Origin: Poseidonia sp.
Lineage (GTDB): Archaea > Thermoplasmatota > Poseidoniia > Poseidoniales > Poseidoniaceae
Assembly: GCA_965661285.1 (NCBI GenBank)
Contig: CBFIDD010000006.1
Span: forward strand, 61,887-125,886
DNA length: 64,000 nucleotides
Direction of reading: 5' to 3'
In this document: one piece after another, positions 10,836 through 20,069 of the stretch
How positions within the stretch are numbered: the first letter of the stretch is position 1
Layout of the letters: each line of letters opens with the position of its first letter
The notes under the pieces: model-generated
Databases searched by the model: none
Told to the model about the DNA's origin: nothing
The model's input: only the letters and a program-made list of their open reading frames with translations
Made by a program: the position numbers and the translations under genes

Positions 10836-12716
10836 ATGCGAACTCGTGTCCAATCAGTTGCGCTTTTCCTCTGCCTGCTCATGCTCACCTTACCTTTGGC
10901 TGCGGCCACGCCACCCAGCGATGGCGAGAACACGACCGTATCGTCCTCGGAAACGTGGTCGGATGATGCGCACATGAACGGCCATGTTGTGGTCAACAAC
11001 GGTGCCACGCTGACCGTCAACGCCAACATCACGGTCGAGACCGGGTCCTCCATCACCGTGGAGGAGGGCGGACAGTTGGTGGTGACCAACGGTGCACTCA
11101 TCAGCGATGACCTGAATGCTGGCCTGATGGTGAACAGCATGTTTGCAACGCTCACCCTCAATTTTGGAGACCTCGCAGACGAGGGTGTGCTGCAACTCAA
11201 ATTTGACCACACCATCGATGCCAATTCCAAAATGGACGTCGCCCTCGGTGATGAGACCATCAACGCCTCCGGATTGGATGTGATTCAGTTCAATGCGCCG
11301 CTCAACGACACCGACCTCATCATCACCTTCGACTCGTACTACTTCACGCCGACCTATGTTCTGTGGGCCAAGGCCATTTACGGCGGCGGGAACACCGAAA
11401 CCTTGCTTGCACAGGACATTGACGCTGCCGATGCACCGCTGTACTGGTTCCAGTCTGGCTTCGATATCCTAGCCCATGGCGACCTCTCCATCACCTCCAG
11501 CACCGTCTCCGGAGCGAGCATCCATTGCGAATCCCTGTGCCGGTTCGACGGGACCGAACTGGTGGGTAGCGCACCCATCGATGCTGCTTCGACCTCAACG
11601 GTCACCGTATTGGACAGCATCATCAGCGGTTCACGTTCCGATGAAGACATCGTCCTCAACGACGGGGCCCAAATCACGTACACCAACAGCCAGGGCACAG
11701 GTGGTACCACGGACGCTTGGATTCGCCTCCTCTCCCAGCGAACGTTGTCCACGAACATCCCCTACGGCAGCCTCGATGTCTACGACTTGGGTTGGGGAGC
11801 AGCCGACTGGAACGATTTGACCGACGAAAACGGCGATATCGTCCTCGTGGACGAAGGCGCCACCAACGAACACAAGCGTATCATCGAATGGATGGACGGC
11901 ACTGGAACCGTCCAGCAGGAAGACGCCAGCATCACGCTCTCCATCTCCAGTTCTTGGGGGACGTTTTCCAAGACCATCGATGCACCCACAACCGCTGAAG
12001 CCAGACTCGAGCTCGACCTTCCTTACGTGGCCGTGACCTCCGTGGTGCCAGAAACAACCACCGGCGTGGCCAACAAGAGCGTCTCAGGCATGGTGACGGT
12101 ATCCAACACCGGCGATGCTGATGTTTCAAGCGTCAGTATTTGGTGCTACCAAGGCGACGACATCGCCGACACCACACAAATGGTGGTCAGCCTTGCCGCT
12201 GGAGAAACCAAAGAGGTGCCCTTCACGTGGTACGTTTACCGCTCGGGTGAAGCCACCCTCAACTGCAAACCACTGTTGCCCTCAAACCTCGACAACATCG
12301 CTGATTTGGTCATGGATGATGTCGGCGGCACCTCTGAAATCGTCACGTGGGAATACGAAGAAGAAGTGGAAGAATTCCCCTACATCATTTGGATTGTTGC
12401 CATTCTCGGATTCATGGGGCTCGCTGTGATCGTTGCATCACAAGCACGCAAGCAAGTTTCAGCCAAGTCCTACGCCGCTCACGAAACCTTCGATGAAGAG
12501 GAAGATGATGAGGAACACTCCGAGGAGGCCGTCGCATCGGAGGATGTCGAGGCTGCCGACGACAAAGAGGATACCGAGGTCGCCGAACATGACGTAGCCG
12601 CTGGGGAAGAAGCCGACGAAGGCCAGGATGAAGAGGTTGAAGAACAACCCTCCAAAGAACAGGAAGAGGAGACCTCCACATCCATCTACGACCTTCAGCC
12701 CGTTGATGAAGACTGA
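10836..12716 (+). CDS. Secreted/surface protein with beta-rich body, CARDB-like domain, C-terminal TM helix and very acidic cytoplasmic tail
   Basis: Signal peptide; VTVSNTGDADVSSV...SLAAGETKEVPFTW (CARDB-like); TM YIIWIVAILGFMGLAVIVA; E/D-rich tail. Confidence 0.75.
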   Translation: MRTRVQSVALFLCLLMLTLPLAAATPPSDGENTTVSSSETWSDDAHMNGHVVVNNGATLTVNANITVETGSSITVEEGGQLVVTNGALISDDLNAGLMVNSMFATLTLNFGDLADEGVLQLKFDHTIDANSKMDVALGDETINASGLDVIQFNAPLNDTDLIITFDSYYFTPTYVLWAKAIYGGGNTETLLAQDIDAADAPLYWFQSGFDILAHGDLSITSSTVSGASIHCESLCRFDGTELVGSAPIDAASTSTVTVLDSIISGSRSDEDIVLNDGAQITYTNSQGTGGTTDAWIRLLSQRTLSTNIPYGSLDVYDLGWGAADWNDLTDENGDIVLVDEGATNEHKRIIEWMDGTGTVQQEDASITLSISSSWGTFSKTIDAPTTAEARLELDLPYVAVTSVVPETTTGVANKSVSGMVTVSNTGDADVSSVSIWCYQGDDIADTTQMVVSLAAGETKEVPFTWYVYRSGEATLNCKPLLPSNLDNIADLVMDDVGGTSEIVTWEYEEEVEEFPYIIWIVAILGFMGLAVIVASQARKQVSAKSYAAHETFDEEEDDEEHSEEAVASEDVEAADDKEDTEVAEHDVAAGEEADEGQDEEVEEQPSKEQEEETSTSIYDLQPVDED

Positions 12717-12940
12717 ACGTCACGCTTGGCATTCAAGGCTACCTCGCCTTGCAGGGTCAGCACAGCATGGTGTTGCTGTCGCCTGATGGGCCTTGGGAAG
12801 GATGGAGCTGTCTACGATGAAACAGCCACTTTGACCGAAGGAGAATCATCGGCAGTTTCTACGAGCGAGCAAAACACCCCATGGGTGCCTGAGCTGAGAA
12901 ACGTACTCAGCGGCCAAAGACCGATGATTCAAGCATGCAC

Positions 12941-14152
12941 TCAGCAGGTGGTGCCAACGCCGTCGCCCTTATCAACAGTAGGGCTGGCTTGCTGATCGCC
13001 TGAAGTGAGATCAATGTTCCAACAATATTCAGAGGAGTAAACCGTCTGGTCACCAAGGGTGTTGGTAATCTCAACGGTGAATGTATACTCTCTTGGCCCG
13101 TCGTAGAACTCAGACTTGTCGAGGTAGTACACACCCGAGGTGTCCGTGCCTGACCCTGTCAAACCAAACCAGCCTGCCGTGGAACCGCTTCCTGAGCCGC
13201 CACCCTGTGCGGCCCAGGTCGCTTGATCGCCATCGACGTTGATGACGCTCTCACTCCAGGTCTCGTCGCCCGAAACGGTGACTTGGACTTGATAGTCAGC
13301 GCTCATTGGGCGAAGACCGACTGCGGAGAATCCACCTCCATCTTCTGCATCTTCGTTCGGACCGAGCAGTCCAACCAGAACTTCCATGGTGATGCCAACG
13401 TATTCGTCGGCGTCGTTGCTGTCATGGAGTTCTGCGATACGAACACCGGCATTTTGGGCCTCACGGGTGGTGAAGCGAGATGGAATCTCGATTTCGCCTT
13501 CTTGACCGTTTGAGCCCACGCCCTTGATGACATACGCAACGCCTTCGTTTCCGGCGTAGTCCTCGCCGTTTCCAGCAAAGAAATCTGCGAGTGGAACCTT
13601 GAATTTCTTCATGTCGTTGCTCACATCACCCGAGTCGGACCACATTTCAACGCCGTCCGCTTCAATCGACACATCCACCGAAGACATGGTGCCTCGCACC
13701 TTGAACGAGAGTTCGTTGGTGTCTTCGTTGAGTTCAACTTCCGAAATGGCCATCGAGGCGTTGGTGGGCACGAGCATGACCGCTGCGTATGGGGTGGTGG
13801 CAATGAGAAGGGCGACCACGACGCTGGCGCCGAGTTTGACTTGGTTGATGCTGCCGCGCATCCGTTCGCCCTGCACGATGGCCCCAATGCCCAAGACGAG
13901 GACGATGGCGACCACAGCAAAGCCCCAAGCGCCGCCCTGTAGCGACAAAATGGCACCGAGGAGAATGATCACCCAGCCGGCGAGACTCACCTGTGTAGCT
14001 TTGTCTGGCCCGCCGGAGGCTGCGGGTGCCGACGTTGACGTGGAGGGGGCGGGTTGGGATGCAGCCTTGACCACCACCGGTTCGGGGTCGGCAGTTTTCG
14101 GTTCGGCTTCCGTGTCTTTTGCTGCGTTGGCTTTGTCCAGTAATCCACCCAT
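12941..14152 (-). CDS. Hypothetical membrane protein (3 N-terminal TM helices, acidic extracellular domain)
   Basis: 403-aa ORF with host-like codon usage and hydrophobic segments at about aa 55-128. Confidence 0.75.
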   Translation of the reverse strand: MGGLLDKANAAKDTEAEPKTADPEPVVVKAASQPAPSTSTSAPAASGGPDKATQVSLAGWVIILLGAILSLQGGAWGFAVVAIVLVLGIGAIVQGERMRGSINQVKLGASVVVALLIATTPYAAVMLVPTNASMAISEVELNEDTNELSFKVRGTMSSVDVSIEADGVEMWSDSGDVSNDMKKFKVPLADFFAGNGEDYAGNEGVAYVIKGVGSNGQEGEIEIPSRFTTREAQNAGVRIAELHDSNDADEYVGITMEVLVGLLGPNEDAEDGGGFSAVGLRPMSADYQVQVTVSGDETWSESVINVDGDQATWAAQGGGSGSGSTAGWFGLTGSGTDTSGVYYLDKSEFYDGPREYTFTVEITNTLGDQTVYSSEYCWNIDLTSGDQQASPTVDKGDGVGTTC

Positions 14153-14242
14153 GGTTAATCCCCGTTGTGCTACGGTTTAGCGAACGGTGTTATCAAATCA
14201 ACCCCTGTATGTGTCACAGGGAGGGGTTTTGTTGACGGAGCG

Positions 14243-15178
14243 TCAAAGCCCGGGAGCAGACTCTCGCCATACCTCTTCTTCACCGTCTTCTTCGGTGTTG
14301 AGGAAGCGACGACCGGCTACGGCGCCTGCGAGGGCGATCATCGAGATGGCCGGGATGATTTCGAAGCCAGGGAGGTAGACGCCACGAACGTAGACGGTGA
14401 TCATCTGCGACTCACGGTTGCAGCCACCGTTCTGGCAAGCAAATTCCGATTCAGCATAGAACTCAAGCACGTGGTAGGCATCCGACCAGCCTTGGTTCTT
14501 TGGCGTTCGGACCATGATGCGAGCGGTCTCAGGAGCGGTGTTGGGCTCGATGGTGACGACTGTTTGTGGAAGGTTGACGGTGAAGCCGGCCTCTTCAAGG
14601 GTGTCGCGGGTGTTTTCGGTGACGCCGATCTTCATTCGGTCGATTTGGTTGCCAAAGTTGTACACCTTGAACTGGAAGTTCTTATCGGTCTTGGGCATCA
14701 ACTGGACGAAGGGCTCAACGGCCTCAACTTGAACGATGCTGAACTGCATGATGTTGATCAGGGCGTTCACCTGAGAAGAAGCGGTGTTGGGCGGTGGCAG
14801 GTTGTTCAATTCCTGAACTTGAGCGGAAACCGTCAGTTGGCGGGATTGCATCTGCATGTAGGGGTTGGCACGAACGACCACTTGGAAGTCGACCTCTTGG
14901 CCTGCACCGACATACATGTCGCCGGGTGCGGCCGTGGCGAGACCGTCGCTGGTCACCTGAATGGCGACCTTTTCGACGTAAGCCGTCGGGTTGGAGACGG
15001 TACAGGTCGTGTAGCCGGTGAGCGTGGCACCGGGTTTGACTTCGACCTGAATCTGTCCGGGGGCGCAGGTCATGGAAACCGCAGCACCGGAGACTTGTGC
15101 AGAGGCAGGAACGGCCACCACCATCAACGAACAGAAGTAGATTCCCAACAAGGCCACAACTCGCTTCCATGCCGACAT
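14243..15178 (-). CDS. Surface protein with PGF-CTERM-like archaeosortase signal (choice-of-anchor T-like)
   Basis: Start moved to ATG 15178 (GGTGA SD; the longer ORF runs up to the tRNA 3' end). Signal peptide; C-terminus VYLPGFEIIPAISMIALAGAVAGRR. Confidence 0.75.
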   Translation of the reverse strand: MSAWKRVVALLGIYFCSLMVVAVPASAQVSGAAVSMTCAPGQIQVEVKPGATLTGYTTCTVSNPTAYVEKVAIQVTSDGLATAAPGDMYVGAGQEVDFQVVVRANPYMQMQSRQLTVSAQVQELNNLPPPNTASSQVNALINIMQFSIVQVEAVEPFVQLMPKTDKNFQFKVYNFGNQIDRMKIGVTENTRDTLEEAGFTVNLPQTVVTIEPNTAPETARIMVRTPKNQGWSDAYHVLEFYAESEFACQNGGCNRESQMITVYVRGVYLPGFEIIPAISMIALAGAVAGRRFLNTEEDGEEEVWRESAPGL

Positions 15179-15273
15179 TGTCTCACCTATCGTTCTCCCC
15201 AACCCCCCCCACCTCATAACCATTATGGGTCTGTTGTGCGAAAGAAAGGCAACCTTGCAGGCCAACAGCAAGG

Positions 15274-15347
15274 TGGGCCCGAAGGGAGTTGAACCCCTGA
15301 CCTCCCGGTTATGAGCCGGGCGCTCTAACCAACTAAGCTACGGGCCC
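15274..15347 (-). tRNA. tRNA with CAT anticodon, most likely tRNA-Ile2 (agmatidine-modified) rather than Met
   Basis: Reverse complement GGGCCCG TAGCTTAGTTGGTTAGAGCG CCCGG CT CAT AA CCGGG AGGTC AGGGG TTCAACT CCCTT CGGGCCC A forms a full cloverleaf. The GGGCCC acceptor stem is typical of archaeal tRNA-Ile. Confidence 0.93.
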
Positions 15348-15387
15348 CATAACAGGCTCAAACATGAGCATCATGAACCTTCTTGTC

Positions 15388-16689
15388 TCAATCAAACTGA
15401 GCCAATGAGGATTGTGAGGGTTTGATCCACTCACGAACGTTGCGCTCCATGTCATCACGAACCGCTTCTGGCACGAAAATCAAACACCGTTCGTGCGGTT
15501 GAGAGAGCGAGCGTATGAGCGCAGAATGCTCCGACGCGTCGCGACCGTCTTCCAGCACAATCCCGCCATTGTAGGGGAGGTAGCCACGCTTTCGAATGGT
15601 GGCTTGTATCAGGTCAAGGTCGGCATCATAACCTTCTGCCTCGAGTGCGTCTCGGATTCGAGGCATGACGACATCACACATCTCCACCGTGAGATGGTCA
15701 ATGCGAAGCGATTTGTGGAAATTTTTCCGAGACAGCAGACGGCTTGCATAGGCCGACAAACGGGAGTCGCCGTGCTGGGCCCAGCCGGGGAGAGCGACCT
15801 TGACGTGAGCGTCGTTGAGCAACACGTATTCATCAGCAGAGAGGTCCTCGTTCAGCAGCATGTGAGCCAACTCCGGTGAAACCTCGAGTTCCCCGTTCTG
15901 AGCCAGAATGCGCGCCCGCTCGAGCATGTTGACCAGATAGGCCTGCGTGAGCATGTTGACCTTGTGAAAATACACCTGCTGATACATGTGGTAGCGTGTG
16001 ACGAGGTAGGCTTCAATGGCAGGAAGACCCCACCGCTTGACGTACATCCGCCCGTCTTCACCCACCCGCAAGGCACGAATAACACGAGCGCTGTCAAATC
16101 CGCCGATTTGTGCGCCGGTGTTGGCTTGGTCTCGAATCATGTAGTCCATGCGGTCAACGTCCAGTTGACTGCTGACAATTTCCTTCATGAAACGAGGAAT
16201 CGGCACACCGTCGTGAACATCATGCCCGTCCATGAGCGCAAACAGACGCCCGAGGCGCTTCTCGCCGAGGGTTTCTCGGACCGCTTGACCGATGGCGGTG
16301 GTTGGCGATTCGAGGATGTCTCGCCCCCACGCTTCGTGGGAGCGAAAGGTGGCGTACACCCGAGGCGTTTCCAGCAGATGCGAGTAAGGCGGATGTCCGA
16401 TGTCGTGGAGAAGCGCTGCCAATTGAACGAGTTCTTCGTCCTCCTTTGACAAGAGACCCGGATGAACCTCTTGGAGGTGTGCGGCCAGGCGGCCGGCCAG
16501 ATGGTAAGCGCCCAGCGAATGTGCGAAGCGATTGTGGGTTGCGGCCGGGAAAACATACTCGCAGGTCGACAATTGTTGAATGGCTCGGAGGCGTTGAAAT
16601 TCAGGCGTATCGATGATGGCTGCATGTGAGGCAGGCACCAAAATGTCCCGGTGGATTTCGTCGCGAATCACGCGGTCCCTGCCGTTCAT
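15388..16689 (-). CDS. HD-domain phosphohydrolase, SAMHD1-like (putative dNTP triphosphohydrolase)
   Basis: IRDEIHRDI, FQRLRAIQQL, HNRFAHSLG, LLHDIGHPPYSH, DVDRMDY, RYHMYQQVYFHK; likely start ATG 16689. Confidence 0.9.
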   Translation of the reverse strand: MNGRDRVIRDEIHRDILVPASHAAIIDTPEFQRLRAIQQLSTCEYVFPAATHNRFAHSLGAYHLAGRLAAHLQEVHPGLLSKEDEELVQLAALLHDIGHPPYSHLLETPRVYATFRSHEAWGRDILESPTTAIGQAVRETLGEKRLGRLFALMDGHDVHDGVPIPRFMKEIVSSQLDVDRMDYMIRDQANTGAQIGGFDSARVIRALRVGEDGRMYVKRWGLPAIEAYLVTRYHMYQQVYFHKVNMLTQAYLVNMLERARILAQNGELEVSPELAHMLLNEDLSADEYVLLNDAHVKVALPGWAQHGDSRLSAYASRLLSRKNFHKSLRIDHLTVEMCDVVMPRIRDALEAEGYDADLDLIQATIRKRGYLPYNGGIVLEDGRDASEHSALIRSLSQPHERCLIFVPEAVRDDMERNVREWIKPSQSSLAQFD

Positions 16690-16787
16690 ATTGCCTTGGG
16701 GGCACCTTGTTTCTTTATAGCCCTTCGCGGATAAATGGGACATCCCGCGTGAACAACGCATAAGCGTGAAGGAGACCAGCGGCAACC

Positions 16788-18539
16788 ATGGCCGACGCCG
16801 TGAAGGGCTTGATGGACAAAATCACCAACGACGACCCCGAAACTCGGGGGCAGCAGTTGTGGGTGATGTTTGCGCTCGCCATGTTTCTGGTCGCCACCCT
16901 CAACTGGTACGCCTATGTGCGAGAACCCGAAGTCATCGACGTCGGCCAGTTGCTCGAATACAAAAACGAGGTTGTCAAGGTTGAAGGCACGCTGATTTCG
17001 TGGGTCGAAGACCCTTACGCCTCGGGCGACGACCGTATTGACGCGATTATCGATGACGGCACCGGCGTGGTGGAATCTCGTTGGTACCGACCCGGTGCGA
17101 TGCCACCCATCGGCACGACCGTGACAGTGATGGGTGATGTGATCGAGTACGATGGACGCATCTGGATACAATCACTGGGCGCAGGGGCGATGGAATGGAA
17201 AGCCTCCGACCTGCCTGAAGTTGAAACCCTCGCCATCGCCGATGTGGCTCAAGACCCTGCTGCCTATGCAGGCGAGACGATTCGGTTGACCGGTTTTATC
17301 AGTAAATCCATCACGCCCGACGCCACCTTTACCTCTGCCTACCTTGGCGACCATCCAAATTACGGAAACTCAGAGCACCAAATGCACCTCATCATCCGTT
17401 CGGCTATCGGTGACTGGGTGGAAGCCACTTCCAAAGTCGAAGTTCAAGGCATTCTGACCTACCAGCAACGCGACCTGCGATGGAGTCTGCAAGTTCAAGG
17501 ACCTGAAATTCTCGTTGACCGGAACCACGTTGTCAATGTGCCACAACTCGACTGGAATGCACAGGCCACCTGGAGCTATCAATCCGGTCAGACGGTCACG
17601 ATGACCGGCGTCTTGACCACGACATCAGAGAACTGGGCGCTTTACGGGCCGACAGGAACGTCCATCTGTGTGCTGCCAACCGAAGCCGACCGTCAAGCCG
17701 ACGCCTCCACCTCCATGCACAACACGCTCCAAACGGTTGAGGGGCGGCTCTTGTGGTCGGAAACCGAGTCGGGTTGGTGCATTGACGCCAACGAAGGCTC
17801 ATCGCCCTCGCTGGTCAACCCTGAAACGCCCATCAGTCTGCTGGCCATGCTCTCTGCCGACCCCGTTGGCATGGTGGCTGACCCTGACGCCACCTACACC
17901 CTCTCGGCCTACGTCAAGTACGCCGTGGAACCTGGAGTTGAGAACGAAGAGGCCTACTTCGTGGATTCCGCTGCTTATTCACCGGGATGGACCACCGTGG
18001 CGGTCACCGTCCCGGGACCGCGCAGCACCTGGCTTGAATCGGGCCAAAACATCATCGCAAACGTCTCGGTTGGTTGGGACGATGAAGACATGCGAATCCG
18101 ACTGACGGTTCACGACTACACGTCGGGCGTCGTCCCCTCGGCGAGAACCTTGTTGTGGGACGATGGCGCAACGCAGTGGAGTTATGCACGGGATCAGAAC
18201 GTTCTCTTGAACGGAAAGGCGGAACGTGTTGACGACCAGTGGCGGCTCGTTCGGGACGGTTCAAACGAATCCGTGGTCTTGAATCTCCAAGGTCAAGCCA
18301 TTGGAGTGGACGAGTACCATTCCAACCAATCCATGACGTGGACAGGGCGCTTGCGTCAGGTGCAAAGCGATGACGGCATGAGTCTTGTTTACACCCTGGA
18401 CCAGGCCGATGTGCTCGACAGCGATGGCGACGGCTTGGGCGACACGCTGGAGGACATCATCGGAACTTCCTCCACCTCTGAAGACACCGACGACGACGGT
18501 GTTTCTGACCGTGAAGAACATGTCAACGGAGAAGCATGA
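16788..18539 (+). CDS. Membrane-anchored protein with ~5 tandem OB-fold-like repeats and C-terminal DxDxDG Ca-binding motifs
   Basis: N-terminal TM; repeats such as YKNEVVKVEGTL...IDDGTG...GTTVTVMG and DPAAYAGETIRLTGFI...KVEVQG; DSDGDGLGD and DTDDDGVSD. Confidence 0.72.
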   Translation: MADAVKGLMDKITNDDPETRGQQLWVMFALAMFLVATLNWYAYVREPEVIDVGQLLEYKNEVVKVEGTLISWVEDPYASGDDRIDAIIDDGTGVVESRWYRPGAMPPIGTTVTVMGDVIEYDGRIWIQSLGAGAMEWKASDLPEVETLAIADVAQDPAAYAGETIRLTGFISKSITPDATFTSAYLGDHPNYGNSEHQMHLIIRSAIGDWVEATSKVEVQGILTYQQRDLRWSLQVQGPEILVDRNHVVNVPQLDWNAQATWSYQSGQTVTMTGVLTTTSENWALYGPTGTSICVLPTEADRQADASTSMHNTLQTVEGRLLWSETESGWCIDANEGSSPSLVNPETPISLLAMLSADPVGMVADPDATYTLSAYVKYAVEPGVENEEAYFVDSAAYSPGWTTVAVTVPGPRSTWLESGQNIIANVSVGWDDEDMRIRLTVHDYTSGVVPSARTLLWDDGATQWSYARDQNVLLNGKAERVDDQWRLVRDGSNESVVLNLQGQAIGVDEYHSNQSMTWTGRLRQVQSDDGMSLVYTLDQADVLDSDGDGLGDTLEDIIGTSSTSEDTDDDGVSDREEHVNGEA

Positions 18540-18548
18540 GGCGATAGC

Positions 18549-20051
18549 GTGCTTGAAGGGTATTTTTTGGACTTGGCGTGGCTCCTTGGCGCCTTGTTTT
18601 TCGGGGTCATGCTCGGTTCACTCACCGGCCTTATCCCCGGTTTCCACGTAAACAACGTGGCGCTCATTCTTCTCGCTCTTTCACCCGCTCTGCTCGATTT
18701 GGGCATCCCGCTTGCATCGGTTGCGGCCATCATCGTCTCGACGGGCACCGTCCATACCTTCCTGAATTACATCCCGTCCGCCCTTATCGGCGCACCCGAC
18801 GGTGACACTGCGTTATCGCTCCTGCCCGGACATCGCATGCTGCTCTCGGGCAACGCCGCACGAGGGGTTGCTTGGTCTGCTCGGGGCTCGCAACTCGGTC
18901 TGTTTCTTTCGTTGCCGTTGATCGTGTTGGCACGTATCGCCTTTGGACCCGAACTCGGTTGGTACGACAACCTACGCTCGGTTCTCCCGTTTGTTCTCCT
19001 CACCATTTCCTTTCTCTTGCTTGCCACGGAAACCACCCGCCTTGACTGGCCGAAATGGCTCCAGAAGATGACGGGCAACAAACTCGGCCGTGATTCACGC
19101 TTTGCAGGATTCCTGGCTGCAACAGCCTTCTTTTTGCTGGCCGGACTCTACGGATGGGGCGTGTTCACCCTCCCGGCTCGTTCCCCCATCGGGATGCCCG
19201 ACGCCAGCCTGCTGCTACCGAGCCTCGCCGGCTTGTTTGGTATCGCCAACCTCTTGGACATCTACGCCACAACTTCGCATCTTCCTCCTCAGCGAGAAAA
19301 CTGGGCTTTGCCACCGGCCCGCCCCCTTGTGGTGCCGTGCTTTTGGTCGAGCGTCGCAGGAGCCTCAATGGGTGTCCTGCCCGGCATGACGGCATCCCAA
19401 GCAACCGTACTGGTGATGGGTGGTCGGAACCTCGCTGCAAAAGCACAAGGAAAGCAGGGGTATGGCATGGATTGGGAAACTCGGCGCCTGACTGAGTTAA
19501 GCGATGATGAATTGCTTGAAATCGCCAAGGCGGAAGCCGAGGAAGGCGTCGAAGGTCCACAGACGAAGCAAGATTTGGAAGTGATTGCTCTCCTCTCAGC
19601 GACCAACACAGCGGTTACGGTCATGGTTCTGGGCTTCCTGTACATCATCAGCCGCTCTCGTTCCGGCGCTACGCTGGCCCTGAAGATGATGTATCCCATC
19701 GAGACATGGTCCTCACTCGAACCCACCTCTGACTTCATTCGGTTGTTGGCGGTCACCCTCGCTGCAGGACTGCTGGCGATGCCCATGATGCGCTACGTGG
19801 GCAGCGGTATGTTGCGCCTTCATGCCGCCATTCCTCTGCAGCAAATGGTGATGGGCGTGATTCTCTTTGTCGTCGCGCTCGTCTGGCTCTCAACCGGCTT
19901 CGTCGGCATCGGCGTTCTCATCGTCGGCACCATCATTGGCCTGCTGCCACCTCGCATCGGCATACGCCGGTCCCACGGGATGGGCATCATCCTCGTACCC
20001 ATCATGATCTACACCTTTGCGCAGAAATTCGACAGCTTTGGATTCATTTGA
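18549..20051 (+). CDS. Archaeal TctA-like (tripartite tricarboxylate transporter family) permease
   Basis: GSLTGLIPGFHVNN, HTFLNYIPS, SLLPGHRMLLSG, LLPSLAGLFG, GVLPG, SRSG, RIGIRRSHGMG; about 12-13 TM helices. Confidence 0.88.
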   Translation: MLEGYFLDLAWLLGALFFGVMLGSLTGLIPGFHVNNVALILLALSPALLDLGIPLASVAAIIVSTGTVHTFLNYIPSALIGAPDGDTALSLLPGHRMLLSGNAARGVAWSARGSQLGLFLSLPLIVLARIAFGPELGWYDNLRSVLPFVLLTISFLLLATETTRLDWPKWLQKMTGNKLGRDSRFAGFLAATAFFLLAGLYGWGVFTLPARSPIGMPDASLLLPSLAGLFGIANLLDIYATTSHLPPQRENWALPPARPLVVPCFWSSVAGASMGVLPGMTASQATVLVMGGRNLAAKAQGKQGYGMDWETRRLTELSDDELLEIAKAEAEEGVEGPQTKQDLEVIALLSATNTAVTVMVLGFLYIISRSRSGATLALKMMYPIETWSSLEPTSDFIRLLAVTLAAGLLAMPMMRYVGSGMLRLHAAIPLQQMVMGVILFVVALVWLSTGFVGIGVLIVGTIIGLLPPRIGIRRSHGMGIILVPIMIYTFAQKFDSFGFI

Positions 20052-20069
20052 AATTTGGACGTGAACGAC

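Noticed and set aside
12830-12912. Glycine-riboswitch-like word ACCGAAGGAGAA
   Set aside because: Other aptamer elements are missing and there is no downstream same-strand gene.
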